Shown in pieces: positions 36,362 through 45,666 of a DNA stretch of 64,000 nt. The position numbers and the translations under genes are program-made. The notes beneath the pieces are model-generated. The model saw nothing but the letters and a program-made list of their open reading frames with translations, did no database searches and was not told the DNA's origin. This stretch comes from a virus (Duplodnaviria; Heunggongvirae; Uroviricota; Caudoviricetes): the IMG/VR virus record IMGVR_UViG_3300002461_001191; one strand, written 5' to 3'. The first letter of the stretch is position 1; each line of letters begins with the position of its first letter.

Positions 36362-36955
36362 TTAATTAGCAATGACTTTTCTGAATGTCAAATTGATTCT
36401 TGGAGCATTTAATGATTTATTTTGAAGCAAAGAATGTTCAAAGTATTTTTGAGTTGTACCTCTCATAACAAGGACGCTTCCGTTGGTGAGTCTGAGTTGC
36501 AACAGTTTTGCAGGATTTTTTTGATTAACAACATCTTTCCTGTATCTGAATGCAAAATCTCTTTCTTGACCAAGAGAGACAGAAACAATCGTTGGCTCAT
36601 CGCCCAGTTCTCTTTCCTTATCTGAGTGCCAACCCATGCCTGCTTCACCATTTTCGTAATAGTTGCAAAGCACTGCATTAAATTCTTCACCAAGTTTTTC
36701 TTCGATCATTTTCTTCATGAGTAAAAGAGTGGGTGTCCAAGGCTTGCCAGAATAAGACTGATTTGCATAGTTGTACTGGTGTTCACTGTGATAACTCACT
36801 TTTCTTTTGGTAAGAATTTCTTGACCATTGAAAGTGTATGACTCAGATTTGAATTCAACTTCAGACAAAAGTTTTTCCATGAAAGACTGTGCTTCTTCTG
36901 CTGAAAAAAGATCTGTATGAAATGAGATATCTGGTGTAGATGGTAAGTTTTGCAT
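36362..36955 (-). CDS. alkB: AlkB-family 2OG-Fe(II) dioxygenase (alkylation damage repair)
   Basis: WHSDKE (H-x-D), IVSVSLG, second His region, C-terminal RINLTFRK, as in E. coli AlkB. Confidence 0.75.
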   Translation of the reverse strand: MQNLPSTPDISFHTDLFSAEEAQSFMEKLLSEVEFKSESYTFNGQEILTKRKVSYHSEHQYNYANQSYSGKPWTPTLLLMKKMIEEKLGEEFNAVLCNYYENGEAGMGWHSDKERELGDEPTIVSVSLGQERDFAFRYRKDVVNQKNPAKLLQLRLTNGSVLVMRGTTQKYFEHSLLQNKSLNAPRINLTFRKVIAN

Positions 36956-37027
36956 GTCTGATATTAACTTGATTAAAAACTTATTATATCATAATATGAT
37001 TCTATAATAAATATAAAACTAAAAAAA

Positions 37028-37546
37028 ATGATAAAAAAAGCAAGTGAATATGCAAATAAGAGACACTCAGGACAACTCTATTCTGAATCAAAACCCTATT
37101 ATTTTCATTTGGAAGAAGTGGTGTCCTTGGTCAAAAGTTTTAGCTTAAATGAAGATTTGATTGTAAGTGCTTACTTACATGATGTGATTGAAGATTGCTT
37201 TGGAAATCCAGAAGAGGGATTTGAGGATATTAAAAAAGAATTTGGAATCAAGGTTGCCAATATTGTGTGGAACGTGTCTGGATTCGGAAACAACAGATTA
37301 GAAAAAGCTAATAACATTATAGAGAAAATTGCTACTGATGAAGACAGTATCAATATAAAAATATGTGATAGAATATGCAACTTAAAAAATTTATTAGGTA
37401 ATGAAAAGAAGACGAAGATGTATTTGAAAGAGGTTCCTCTTTATGAGGAAGTTTTCTCAAAAGCTCATCCAGATCTATTCAGTTTATACAAAGAAACCAT
37501 ACAATCTCTTCATGACTACAAATCAAAAAAGAAACTTAACATTTAA
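37028..37546 (+). CDS. small alarmone hydrolase (RelA/SpoT-type HD domain, Mesh1-like)
   Basis: HSGQLYSESKPYYFHLEEV ... AYLHDVIEDC. Confidence 0.6.
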   Translation: MIKKASEYANKRHSGQLYSESKPYYFHLEEVVSLVKSFSLNEDLIVSAYLHDVIEDCFGNPEEGFEDIKKEFGIKVANIVWNVSGFGNNRLEKANNIIEKIATDEDSINIKICDRICNLKNLLGNEKKTKMYLKEVPLYEEVFSKAHPDLFSLYKETIQSLHDYKSKKKLNI

Positions 37547-38024
37547 ACCTCTTTGTCATTTTGATGCAAAAAATATTTTCTTTGGATATGCTTCTATTGA
37601 AGAGTGTGTTCAATGGATGAATTGGGATATTCACAAAGAAATAGTAGATACCATCAACTATATAGACAGTTGTATTCAAAAAAAATACAGAATCTATTCT
37701 GTGTATGAAAATCAAGATTTCATAGGTGCCGTGGACTTGAGGTTTCTTGAGAATAATACTCTGGAAGTTGGCTATGTTGTTGCAAAATCAAAATGGAATC
37801 AGGGTTATGCCACTGATATGCTGAAATCATTCATACAGGATTTATTTAAAAATCATACAGTTGAAAAAATTATTGCACATTGTGCAGTAGCCAATTTACA
37901 ATCAAAAAAAGTTTTAGAGAAAAATGGTTTTCAGGTTAAAATGTTGAAAAAAGATTACTATGTTTTGAATAATCAAGGTCGTAGATTAACAGACGCTTAT
38001 ATGCTTGAGCTTAGGACCACTTGA
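37512..38024 (+). CDS. GNAT-family N-acetyltransferase (RimJ/RimL-like); start uncertain (37443/37512/37617)
   Basis: QGYATDMLKSFIQDLF ... acetyl-CoA binding region, C-terminal NGF. Confidence 0.55.
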   Translation: MTTNQKRNLTFKPLCHFDAKNIFFGYASIEECVQWMNWDIHKEIVDTINYIDSCIQKKYRIYSVYENQDFIGAVDLRFLENNTLEVGYVVAKSKWNQGYATDMLKSFIQDLFKNHTVEKIIAHCAVANLQSKKVLEKNGFQVKMLKKDYYVLNNQGRRLTDAYMLELRTT

Positions 38025-38078
38025 TTTTTGTTTTTTTAAAATTTCATGCTAAAATGAAAAAAGACAAAAGGAAAAAAT

Positions 38079-38432
38079 GTGGTTATATCTGATACAAAAC
38101 ACTTGATGTTCATAGAGCCTACTGCTAAAAAAATGGAAGCAGATGTTGAAGATGAAATAACAGAATTTGCAAAATTATTACAAGAGAAAATGAAGCCCAA
38201 CAGTGATATGACCAAAGGTTTTCATGTGTGCAGTTGTAAAAAAGCTCATAGCGACAGCAGGACATACTCTGTATCTGTTGGTGGAAAAAGATATAAGACA
38301 AACAATCTGCTTCTACATTATGTTAAAAACCACAGATCAGAAGTCCCAGAGGACGAATTGAATAAGTTAAGAATGGGAATTGATTATATGTCAAGCATGA
38401 ATCCAACTAAACCTAAAAAAATGAAAATATAA
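38079..38432 (+). CDS. hypothetical protein
   Basis: 117 aa ORF. Confidence 0.35.
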   Translation: MVISDTKHLMFIEPTAKKMEADVEDEITEFAKLLQEKMKPNSDMTKGFHVCSCKKAHSDSRTYSVSVGGKRYKTNNLLLHYVKNHRSEVPEDELNKLRMGIDYMSSMNPTKPKKMKI

Positions 38433-38442
38433 AAGGAATAAT

Positions 38443-39081
38443 ATGAAAAAAGAACTCAAAGAAATTGTAGAAAATTCAGACGTTGCTGGGTTGAAAAAAT
38501 ATATAACGGATGATAAGAGTCTTGACTATTTATTTCCAACAAAGTTGGGAGACTATAGTGTTTCTCTAAATGCTCTTGTATATTGCTTGCATAAAAACAA
38601 AGATGATTTAACCAAAATAATACTTAAAGAAGCAAATCCATTGTTTTTGAAAGACGCCATCAATTCTGGTCAAACTGAATCTGTATCCAGAGATATAGTA
38701 GTGAGTAAGTGTATTGAAAAAAATGAGTTTCAAAATAGAATTTATGATTTGATGGATTCAAATCTAAAGAAAAAAACAGCAAAAAAAGTCATGGAAATGT
38801 TAAATAATCCGACTTATTATAAAGATATTCAGCCAGAAAATTATTATAAGTTTTTAGAGCCAGCAGACAGATTAAATCTTATTTTAAAAGAAGATGATGC
38901 AACATCTCTTCTTGGCTTTATTGAAAAGCACCCAAAGTTTTTCAATGAGACAAAAGAAAACTATCTATTGAAGACTATTAATAACCAGGCTGTTTTTTGT
39001 TTTGATGTATTAAAGGATCACTTGAAAACAATAAAATTGCAAAACAATGTACAAAATACAAGCAGGCCCAAAGTATTTTAA
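38443..39081 (+). CDS. hypothetical protein
   Basis: 212 aa ORF. Confidence 0.4.
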   Translation: MKKELKEIVENSDVAGLKKYITDDKSLDYLFPTKLGDYSVSLNALVYCLHKNKDDLTKIILKEANPLFLKDAINSGQTESVSRDIVVSKCIEKNEFQNRIYDLMDSNLKKKTAKKVMEMLNNPTYYKDIQPENYYKFLEPADRLNLILKEDDATSLLGFIEKHPKFFNETKENYLLKTINNQAVFCFDVLKDHLKTIKLQNNVQNTSRPKVF

Positions 39082-39104
39082 TCTGTTGACATTTTTAAAT
39101 ATTG
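39076..39104 (+). promoter_or_regulatory. candidate sigma70 promoter TTGACA-N17-TACAAT upstream of proS leader region
   Basis: Consensus hexamers. Confidence 0.4.
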
Positions 39105-39121
39105 AGAATACAATCAAGGTT

Positions 39122-39169
39122 ATGAAAAAATTATTCAATAAATCATTTCGACCTCTATTGCCATCTTAA
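39122..39169 (+). CDS. possible leader peptide (15 aa, MKKLFNKSFRPLLPS) upstream of proS
   Basis: Short ORF; its last codons lie in hairpin CCATC-ttaaaa-GGTGG, a near-copy of the downstream terminator hairpin; only 2 Pro codons and a poorly spaced RBS. Confidence 0.25.
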   Translation: MKKLFNKSFRPLLPS

Positions 39170-39211
39170 AAGGTGGTGAGTATTTTCTTTTTCTAAAAAT
39201 TATTAAGAAAA

Positions 39212-39240
39212 TTTAAGCCATCTTTCAAAGGTGGCTTTTT
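39212..39240 (+). terminator. intrinsic terminator/attenuator 44 nt upstream of proS (AGCCATC-tttcaaa-GGTGGCT + T6)
   Basis: Hairpin followed by TTTTTTATTTT. Confidence 0.5.
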
Positions 39241-39283
39241 TATTTTCGCTTCAATAATCAATTTTTAATTTAAAGGAAATATC

Positions 39284-40402
39284 ATGAAATGGTCTAATTT
39301 ATTTTTTTATAACAATCACTTCGAGAAAAACAATCAAACGTTTGATTTGGTTCAACTCATGGAAAAATCTTGTATGTTTTCTCAAGAGTCAGCAGGAATT
39401 TATTCATCTATGTCTTTAGGTGTTATTTTAGAGGAAAAACTTCAAAAAATCATTGACAAACATATGGGGAAAGCCGGATTTTCAAAAGTCAGGTTAAGTA
39501 TATTGCAAGATGGTGATCTTTGGGAGAAAACAGGTAGAATGGATTTGTATGGAGAAGAACTTTTTAAGGTTAGAAACAGAAAAAATAAGGTTTTTTGCTT
39601 AAGTGCAACTGCTGAAGAGTCTGTTACAAACTTATACATGAAGTTCTATCACAGACAAAAAGCAAATTGTAATATATATCAAATCAATACAAAGTTCAGA
39701 GATGAAATGAGAGCCAGAAGCGGTTTAATCAGAGCAAAAGAATTCATCATGAAAGACGCCTATTCTTTTGGTTCTGAAGAAAGTATTAATAATGTTTATC
39801 AACTCATGATGGACACATATAAGAATATTTTAGATGAGTTAGGTTTAATATATTATATAAAGCAAGCGGATACTGGAGAAATAGGTGGGTCAATCTCACA
39901 TGAATTTTGTGTCAGCAGTGACTTGTGTGAAAACAATGAGTTGGAAGTTGCACATATATTCAATTTAGGAACCAAGTACAGTGAAAAGTTTGGTCTGTTA
40001 GATGATTCTGGAAAAAATGTTCATATGGCTTGTTTCGGTATAGGTGTATCAAGATTACTGATGGCTCTTTTGTCAAGCAAGAGGGACAACTTAGGATTCT
40101 GGGGGGATAGTGTATTTAATACATTTGATTATGTAATAACTGCCGTTGATTATGAGAAAAACAATGAAGTAAAAACAAGATCAGATAACTTATACAATCA
40201 TTTATCCTCAAGAGGTTACAGTGTCTTATTGGATGATAGAAGTTGTAATGCTGGGAAAAAGCTTCATGACTCTGAGTTGATATGTATTCAAAATAGGATA
40301 GTTGTGAGCACAAGTGCACTAAAACAATCCAAATATGAATTGTTAAGAAGAAAGAGCATGGAGAAAGAGTTTTTAACATATGACAATCTTCTTGAGTTGT
40401 AA
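39284..40402 (+). CDS. proS: proline--tRNA ligase, minimal form (no editing insertion, 372 aa)
   Basis: Class IIa: motif 2 FRDEMRARSGLIRAKEFIMKDAYSF; motif 3 GCFGIGVSRLLMALL; C-terminal anticodon-binding domain. Confidence 0.6.
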   Translation: MKWSNLFFYNNHFEKNNQTFDLVQLMEKSCMFSQESAGIYSSMSLGVILEEKLQKIIDKHMGKAGFSKVRLSILQDGDLWEKTGRMDLYGEELFKVRNRKNKVFCLSATAEESVTNLYMKFYHRQKANCNIYQINTKFRDEMRARSGLIRAKEFIMKDAYSFGSEESINNVYQLMMDTYKNILDELGLIYYIKQADTGEIGGSISHEFCVSSDLCENNELEVAHIFNLGTKYSEKFGLLDDSGKNVHMACFGIGVSRLLMALLSSKRDNLGFWGDSVFNTFDYVITAVDYEKNNEVKTRSDNLYNHLSSRGYSVLLDDRSCNAGKKLHDSELICIQNRIVVSTSALKQSKYELLRRKSMEKEFLTYDNLLEL

Positions 40403-40511
40403 AATTTTTAAAGCCTATTGAAAAATAGGCTTTAAACTACAGATAAGAATATTTACAAGACATCTTTATCATATATAATATTTATGTAATGACAAAAATA
40501 AGGGGTTTTAC

Positions 40512-41057
40512 ATGCATAGAGAATACAGTGTTAATTTCAGTTACGATAACATACAAAAAAATACAAAGGGAGCTTACAGAACCATTGAGAAAAAAATGGA
40601 AGCAATTGGAGCCAAGACAACATATAAAAGTGAAGAAGGTGATGATTGGACTGATTTGACTTTTTCTGTTGTAAATTCTTTGGAAAAAATCAATGCTGTC
40701 ATTGATGATGTATTCAATACATTCAGATCAAGAGATGTGAATATCAGTTCAACTGCAAAAATTTACACACCAAAAATTAATTTGACAATAAGTGAGTTTG
40801 GAGATGAAAACCAATTGATGGTAATGGTTGAGAAATCAGATAATGAGATGGTAAAATCTATGAAAAAATTTCCAACTGATAACAACATTATGTCTCTGTC
40901 TTTTGAAAAAACTGCTGATAAGGATACTTTTGTACAGACACTTTTAGAAAATACTCGTTCCAATGGTTTGAATATAAATGTTGAGAAAGACTGGGAAGAG
41001 GTTCCAGTCATTGATAGAAACAATTATGTTGAAAACAAAAAGAAAGTCACATACTGA
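40512..41057 (+). CDS. hypothetical protein
   Basis: 181 aa ORF. Confidence 0.4.
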   Translation: MHREYSVNFSYDNIQKNTKGAYRTIEKKMEAIGAKTTYKSEEGDDWTDLTFSVVNSLEKINAVIDDVFNTFRSRDVNISSTAKIYTPKINLTISEFGDENQLMVMVEKSDNEMVKSMKKFPTDNNIMSLSFEKTADKDTFVQTLLENTRSNGLNINVEKDWEEVPVIDRNNYVENKKKVTY

Positions 41058-41938
41058 TGAAAAATCTTGTATATTTAGCCACAATTTTCTTCTTATCCAG
41101 TACATATGTGTCTGGTGTTTCTGCACAAGGCATTAACCAAGCTGAAGTTTGTTTGGATCACTATCCGACAGGAAGACCAGAGGTTGTGAGTCAAGAAAAG
41201 GCAAAGCTGGATAGGCGTGGCTTTTGGTTATGTGAAGATAATTATGCAGTATTGTTCGACCCAGCTACAAAAACTCCTTTGTGGGTTGCTGAGTCTTTGA
41301 ATGGTCAGGAGCAAGCAAACACATTCATAGATCGTGCAGACTCTTTCAAGAAAAATCCTAGAGTCGCATCAGGTGCTCAAGCAAGTCTTGATGACTACAG
41401 GGGAAGTGGTATGGATAGAGGGCACATGGCACCTGCTGCCAATATGCTCACAGAAAGGGCAATGGAGCAATCATTTTTCTTAACTAACATAGTGCCTCAA
41501 GTAGGGCAAAATATGAACAGAACCATTTGGGCTGATTTAGAAGGTCTTGCTAGAAAGTGGTCAACCAAAAGGGGACAGATTGTGGTGTTCACAGGTCCTA
41601 TATTTTCTCCAGACAGTCCAACTGTAGGCAAGTCAAAAGTTTTGGTGCCTTCACATTTGTATAAAATTGCTTTTGACATGAGGACATCTGAGGCAATTGC
41701 TTTTATCGTTCCTAATCAGCAAATTGTCACAAGAAAAACAAAGACACTAGACGCAGGAAATCCCAATCTGCCCCAGTCTTTACCTGAATATGCAATTAAC
41801 TGTTCAAAGCTGTGTGTGCTTGATGATTTTATAGTATCTGTTCAAGATATTGAAAATAAAACTGGAATAAGTTTTTTTCCTAAAATAACAAATAGATCCA
41901 GTTTGGCAACTAAATCAAGAATGTGGCCAGCACGTTGA
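41057..41938 (+). CDS. secreted DNA/RNA non-specific endonuclease (Serratia NucA family)
   Basis: Signal peptide; active-site DRGHMAPAAN motif. Confidence 0.8.
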   Translation: MKNLVYLATIFFLSSTYVSGVSAQGINQAEVCLDHYPTGRPEVVSQEKAKLDRRGFWLCEDNYAVLFDPATKTPLWVAESLNGQEQANTFIDRADSFKKNPRVASGAQASLDDYRGSGMDRGHMAPAANMLTERAMEQSFFLTNIVPQVGQNMNRTIWADLEGLARKWSTKRGQIVVFTGPIFSPDSPTVGKSKVLVPSHLYKIAFDMRTSEAIAFIVPNQQIVTRKTKTLDAGNPNLPQSLPEYAINCSKLCVLDDFIVSVQDIENKTGISFFPKITNRSSLATKSRMWPAR

Positions 41939-42529
41939 TTACTGTTTGTTTTTCTTGATATTTTCTATTCTCTCACTCAATACTTTCTCAAGTTGCATTC
42001 TCTTAACAATGGACTTGATATGTGAGTTGATTTTTACTTGAGAAATTCTGTCTGACTTATTGATGACCATGGAGAAGTAAAGGTCTATGTGTTTTTCTCC
42101 TGCTTTTGAGATAAGTATTTTGGTGTCATTTTCATAGTTGTAGAGTTTAATATCTACAAGGAGTTCAATTTTAAAATCGTTATATTGAATTCCATTTTCA
42201 TTATTACTGGATGGATCATCAAAAAGATAAGATAGGTTGAGAATATCATTGGACATGAGCAACATGTTCTGAAACTTACCCGTTGAGGATATGCCTACCT
42301 TGAAGTTACTTGTTGTATAAAAGGCTATTAAAAAGTTTTTAAATTTGAATAAATTATAGTTGTGGTATTTATCTCCATCATATGTGTAGAAAAAACCATA
42401 TCCCACGAGTTTAGCTGTTTTATGTACTCCAAACTCATCTAAAAACTCTTGGTATGAGAATCTTCTTTGAATATACTTTTCTATATCAAATTTTACATCA
42501 TCATCTTCATCAAAGCTTCTAAATAACAT
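41939..42529 (-). CDS. hypothetical protein
   Basis: 196 aa ORF. Confidence 0.4.
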   Translation of the reverse strand: MLFRSFDEDDDVKFDIEKYIQRRFSYQEFLDEFGVHKTAKLVGYGFFYTYDGDKYHNYNLFKFKNFLIAFYTTSNFKVGISSTGKFQNMLLMSNDILNLSYLFDDPSSNNENGIQYNDFKIELLVDIKLYNYENDTKILISKAGEKHIDLYFSMVINKSDRISQVKINSHIKSIVKRMQLEKVLSERIENIKKNKQ

Positions 42530-42533
42530 AGTT

Positions 42534-42977
42534 TTATTCTTCTCTAATTTCGTTCACCATGGATTTGGAGTATTCTATTTCTCTTTTCTTAATCCAAAAA
42601 TCACTCTCTTGATTGACTGTTCTGAGTTTATTAAGAAATTCATTTCTCATAAGATTAGGACTAATATACATGATGATTTGTGGATTTTCTTCCACACAAT
42701 CCAGAATCATAACTTCATTATTTTGCAAGTTATTGGGTACAAAGAACATGTTACTGGGTTTCAAGGTTAATGCAAATTTTGTAACAAGTGGATTATTTTT
42801 CAATATTTCTGGTACAAATTGATAGTTATCTGGCTCCAACTCTATGGCCAAAAGTGCAAGATGCATCTCAGATTTTAGATCTGGACTGATTTTATTGTAT
42901 ATTTTAGGATTTTTAAGAATATGCTCATATGCAATATTCCATATCCTTATAAATTCTTGCTCTGTACGTTTATCCAT
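42534..42977 (-). CDS. hypothetical protein
   Basis: 147 aa ORF, 4-nt gap to downstream gene. Confidence 0.4.
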   Translation of the reverse strand: MDKRTEQEFIRIWNIAYEHILKNPKIYNKISPDLKSEMHLALLAIELEPDNYQFVPEILKNNPLVTKFALTLKPSNMFFVPNNLQNNEVMILDCVEENPQIIMYISPNLMRNEFLNKLRTVNQESDFWIKKREIEYSKSMVNEIREE

Positions 42978-43111
42978 TTATAATGAATAACAAGAATTTT
43001 TCAATTTTGCAAGGTTTAAAATGGGTTAAGTTTTGGATTTAGAACGAAAAATGAATTGATATTTATATTTTTTTCATGTAACTTAATAATCACTTAAAAA
43101 ACAAGGTTAAC

Positions 43112-44071
43112 ATGGAAACTACAATTATAAAATTTATTACATTTTTTTTCGTATTCTTCTCAGTCGCAAGACTGCTGATACAGCTAAAAGGGTTACAACA
43201 AATATATTCAGATATTGAAAAATCAAAAAACATATCTCTGTTTGATATAGCTGTTTATACAATGGTCAATGTAACAACTTCAGTTTATGCTTATGTGGTT
43301 GCAAAATCTATTTTGATGTGTGTGGTATTTCTTGGTTTCTCTGTTGTTTCTGCAATCATTGGTTTAATGGCTCTGATCTATCAGTTAAAAACAAAAGGTG
43401 CTGAAGCCATTATTGAGGAAAATAGCTTTTCTCAAGAGCAAAGTAATGATGATGTAGCGCAAAGTCCTATTGTTGATTCAGTTGATAATGAAAATTTTAT
43501 CAAAACCAATCAAGATTACTTGGACGGTATTGATTTTTCACAGAATGGAAGCTCAAAAATTGAAGGGTTTGATTGGAAGAACTTCAAAGAAAACAATAAA
43601 AACTCAAACGATATTGTTGTTGAAGAAAATCCTGTTAAGTCTAATCTTGTAACAGAAGAAGCTGCTGTAAATATTGGCAATTCAGAGGTGCAAGGTGATA
43701 TAAGTGTTTCTCAGGCAGAGTCAGTAACAACACAAGTGATTGAGGAAAATTCCACAAACAAGGTTGATTCTCCAGAGTTACAAACAGAAGATACAAAAAG
43801 TACTGTGACTGTTGAGGTTGAGGATATCCAAGAACAATCTCCATTGGATAGAAAGCTCAATGATTTTGATCCTGATAAGCATGGTGGTGAAGTCATGGCA
43901 ACAGGTTTGGTAGGTGCTGAAGTTTTTGAGCCTAGAGAAGATGTAAAAACTACAAATCAAGAGACTGAGCAGGTTTCTGTTGTAGATAAAAATTTAGAAA
44001 ATTCTGAAAAACCTGATACAATAGTGAAGAAAAAATCAGGAAGAAAGAAAAAACCTAAAAATGGACAATAA
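43112..44071 (+). CDS. membrane-anchored acidic low-complexity protein
   Basis: 3 N-terminal TM helices, then E/V/T/Q-rich acidic region, basic C-terminus. Confidence 0.4.
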   Translation: METTIIKFITFFFVFFSVARLLIQLKGLQQIYSDIEKSKNISLFDIAVYTMVNVTTSVYAYVVAKSILMCVVFLGFSVVSAIIGLMALIYQLKTKGAEAIIEENSFSQEQSNDDVAQSPIVDSVDNENFIKTNQDYLDGIDFSQNGSSKIEGFDWKNFKENNKNSNDIVVEENPVKSNLVTEEAAVNIGNSEVQGDISVSQAESVTTQVIEENSTNKVDSPELQTEDTKSTVTVEVEDIQEQSPLDRKLNDFDPDKHGGEVMATGLVGAEVFEPREDVKTTNQETEQVSVVDKNLENSEKPDTIVKKKSGRKKKPKNGQ

Positions 44072-44819
44072 TTTAAATCAGATATACATCAAGTTTCTAA
44101 GCACCCCTGCTCCAGATTTTCATGGCAGGGTTGTAAATCCAATTGCTTCTGCAACATTGAAGGCAATGATTGAGCACAATGATCAGTTCAATCAAGCTGA
44201 TTTAGCTAGGTCTTTGGTATCAAAGCACATAGCTTCTGATAAAAAAGTAAAATACTGGTCAGACCCTCACTTTTTCCATAAGAATATCATCAAGTATTGC
44301 GATAGACCATTTAAGTCTGAACAACACATGAATATGATGATGATTGACTACTATTCAAAAGAGGTTTCAGATGATGATTTGGTGATTTGGGGTGGTGATA
44401 TTTCATTTGGAAAAAAAGAAGATACAAGAGCACTACTGAGAAATCTTCCAGGTAAAAAGATATTGATTATGGGAAATCACGATTTTCTTAAGAAAAAGAA
44501 TTTCATAGATTTAGGAATTTTTGACGCTACTGTAATGTCTCTTGATTTCAATCAAGAAATAGCAGGTGAAATATGGAATATATGGGTGACACACTATCCC
44601 ATAAATACCACATGGGTTCCCAAAAACACAATCAACGTACATGGTCATATTCACTCTTATACAGCAGGCTTGAAAAACCTAAATATATCTGTGGAGCACA
44701 CCAACTACAGGCCACAAATCATTGATGATAGAATGCTTGAGTTAAGAAAGATTATCTTGAGTGGTGCACCTAATGTTGATAACTCAAATACAAACCAAAA
44801 AATGAGAATGGATATTTAA
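44061..44819 (+). CDS. calcineurin-like metallophosphoesterase
   Basis: SDPHFFH (D-x-H), GGDISFG, GNHD motifs. Confidence 0.6.
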   Translation: MDNNLNQIYIKFLSTPAPDFHGRVVNPIASATLKAMIEHNDQFNQADLARSLVSKHIASDKKVKYWSDPHFFHKNIIKYCDRPFKSEQHMNMMMIDYYSKEVSDDDLVIWGGDISFGKKEDTRALLRNLPGKKILIMGNHDFLKKKNFIDLGIFDATVMSLDFNQEIAGEIWNIWVTHYPINTTWVPKNTINVHGHIHSYTAGLKNLNISVEHTNYRPQIIDDRMLELRKIILSGAPNVDNSNTNQKMRMDI

Positions 44820-44820
44820 A

Positions 44821-45576
44821 ATGAATAATTTAAGAATGGTGACTTTTACAGGGGTTGATGTTCATACAAATTTGGATGAGTTAAAAAATGTTGCTATTTT
44901 AGGTCTTAATTATTTGACTGAATGGGGCATTTTACTCTCTACTTCAGAGAACAAGATGTTTGATGATTCAAGGTATTCATCACTGGAAGATATTAAAAGA
45001 ATAGCTTCTTCATTACAAGAGTATAAGAACAAAGGAATACTCAATTTGAGCCTGCATGTTTGTGGCAAAGAGTCTAAATTGTTGCTTGAGCAAAGTGAAC
45101 AATCAAAGGCTCTTGATTTTATGGACTTATTCAATAGGGTACAAATCAATACGGTTTTTGATAACGAATCCATCAAAAAGTATGAGGTTTTGTCTCAAAA
45201 ATACAACAACACACATTTTATTACACAAAATAATAGAAAAAATCAAAAGTTTTTAAAACAAATTAACGACTGGGCACATCCCAATACACATGTTTTGGTA
45301 GATAGCTCTGGTGGTAGGGGTATTTTGGGTGAATGGGAGAAAATCAATTTCAATGGTTTGGTCGGTTATGCTGGTGGTCTGGGTCCAGACAATATTGTGC
45401 AGGAATATGAGAAAATCAATGATGTTGCTGATAAGATCTATTGGATTGATATGGAAGGTAAGATTAGAACAAATGGTAATTTAGACCTTTCAAAAATTAA
45501 GCAAGTTGTTGAAAATTTGAATACTGCAATAGATTCTCATAACAAAGTATTAAATTCAAAGCAAAACAAGATTTAA
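44821..45576 (+). CDS. TIM-barrel protein, distant TrpF (phosphoribosylanthranilate isomerase)-like
   Basis: VLVDSSGGRGILGEW ... GYAGGLGPDNI resembles PRAI C-terminal phosphate-binding motifs; weak. Confidence 0.3.
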   Translation: MNNLRMVTFTGVDVHTNLDELKNVAILGLNYLTEWGILLSTSENKMFDDSRYSSLEDIKRIASSLQEYKNKGILNLSLHVCGKESKLLLEQSEQSKALDFMDLFNRVQINTVFDNESIKKYEVLSQKYNNTHFITQNNRKNQKFLKQINDWAHPNTHVLVDSSGGRGILGEWEKINFNGLVGYAGGLGPDNIVQEYEKINDVADKIYWIDMEGKIRTNGNLDLSKIKQVVENLNTAIDSHNKVLNSKQNKI

Positions 45577-45666
45577 TGCTCCATTTTAGTGAAAATTAAC
45601 GCTGATATTCTTGACATTTTTCATTCTTACTTTTAAGTTTAATATATATATAAACTTCAGGGTAAA

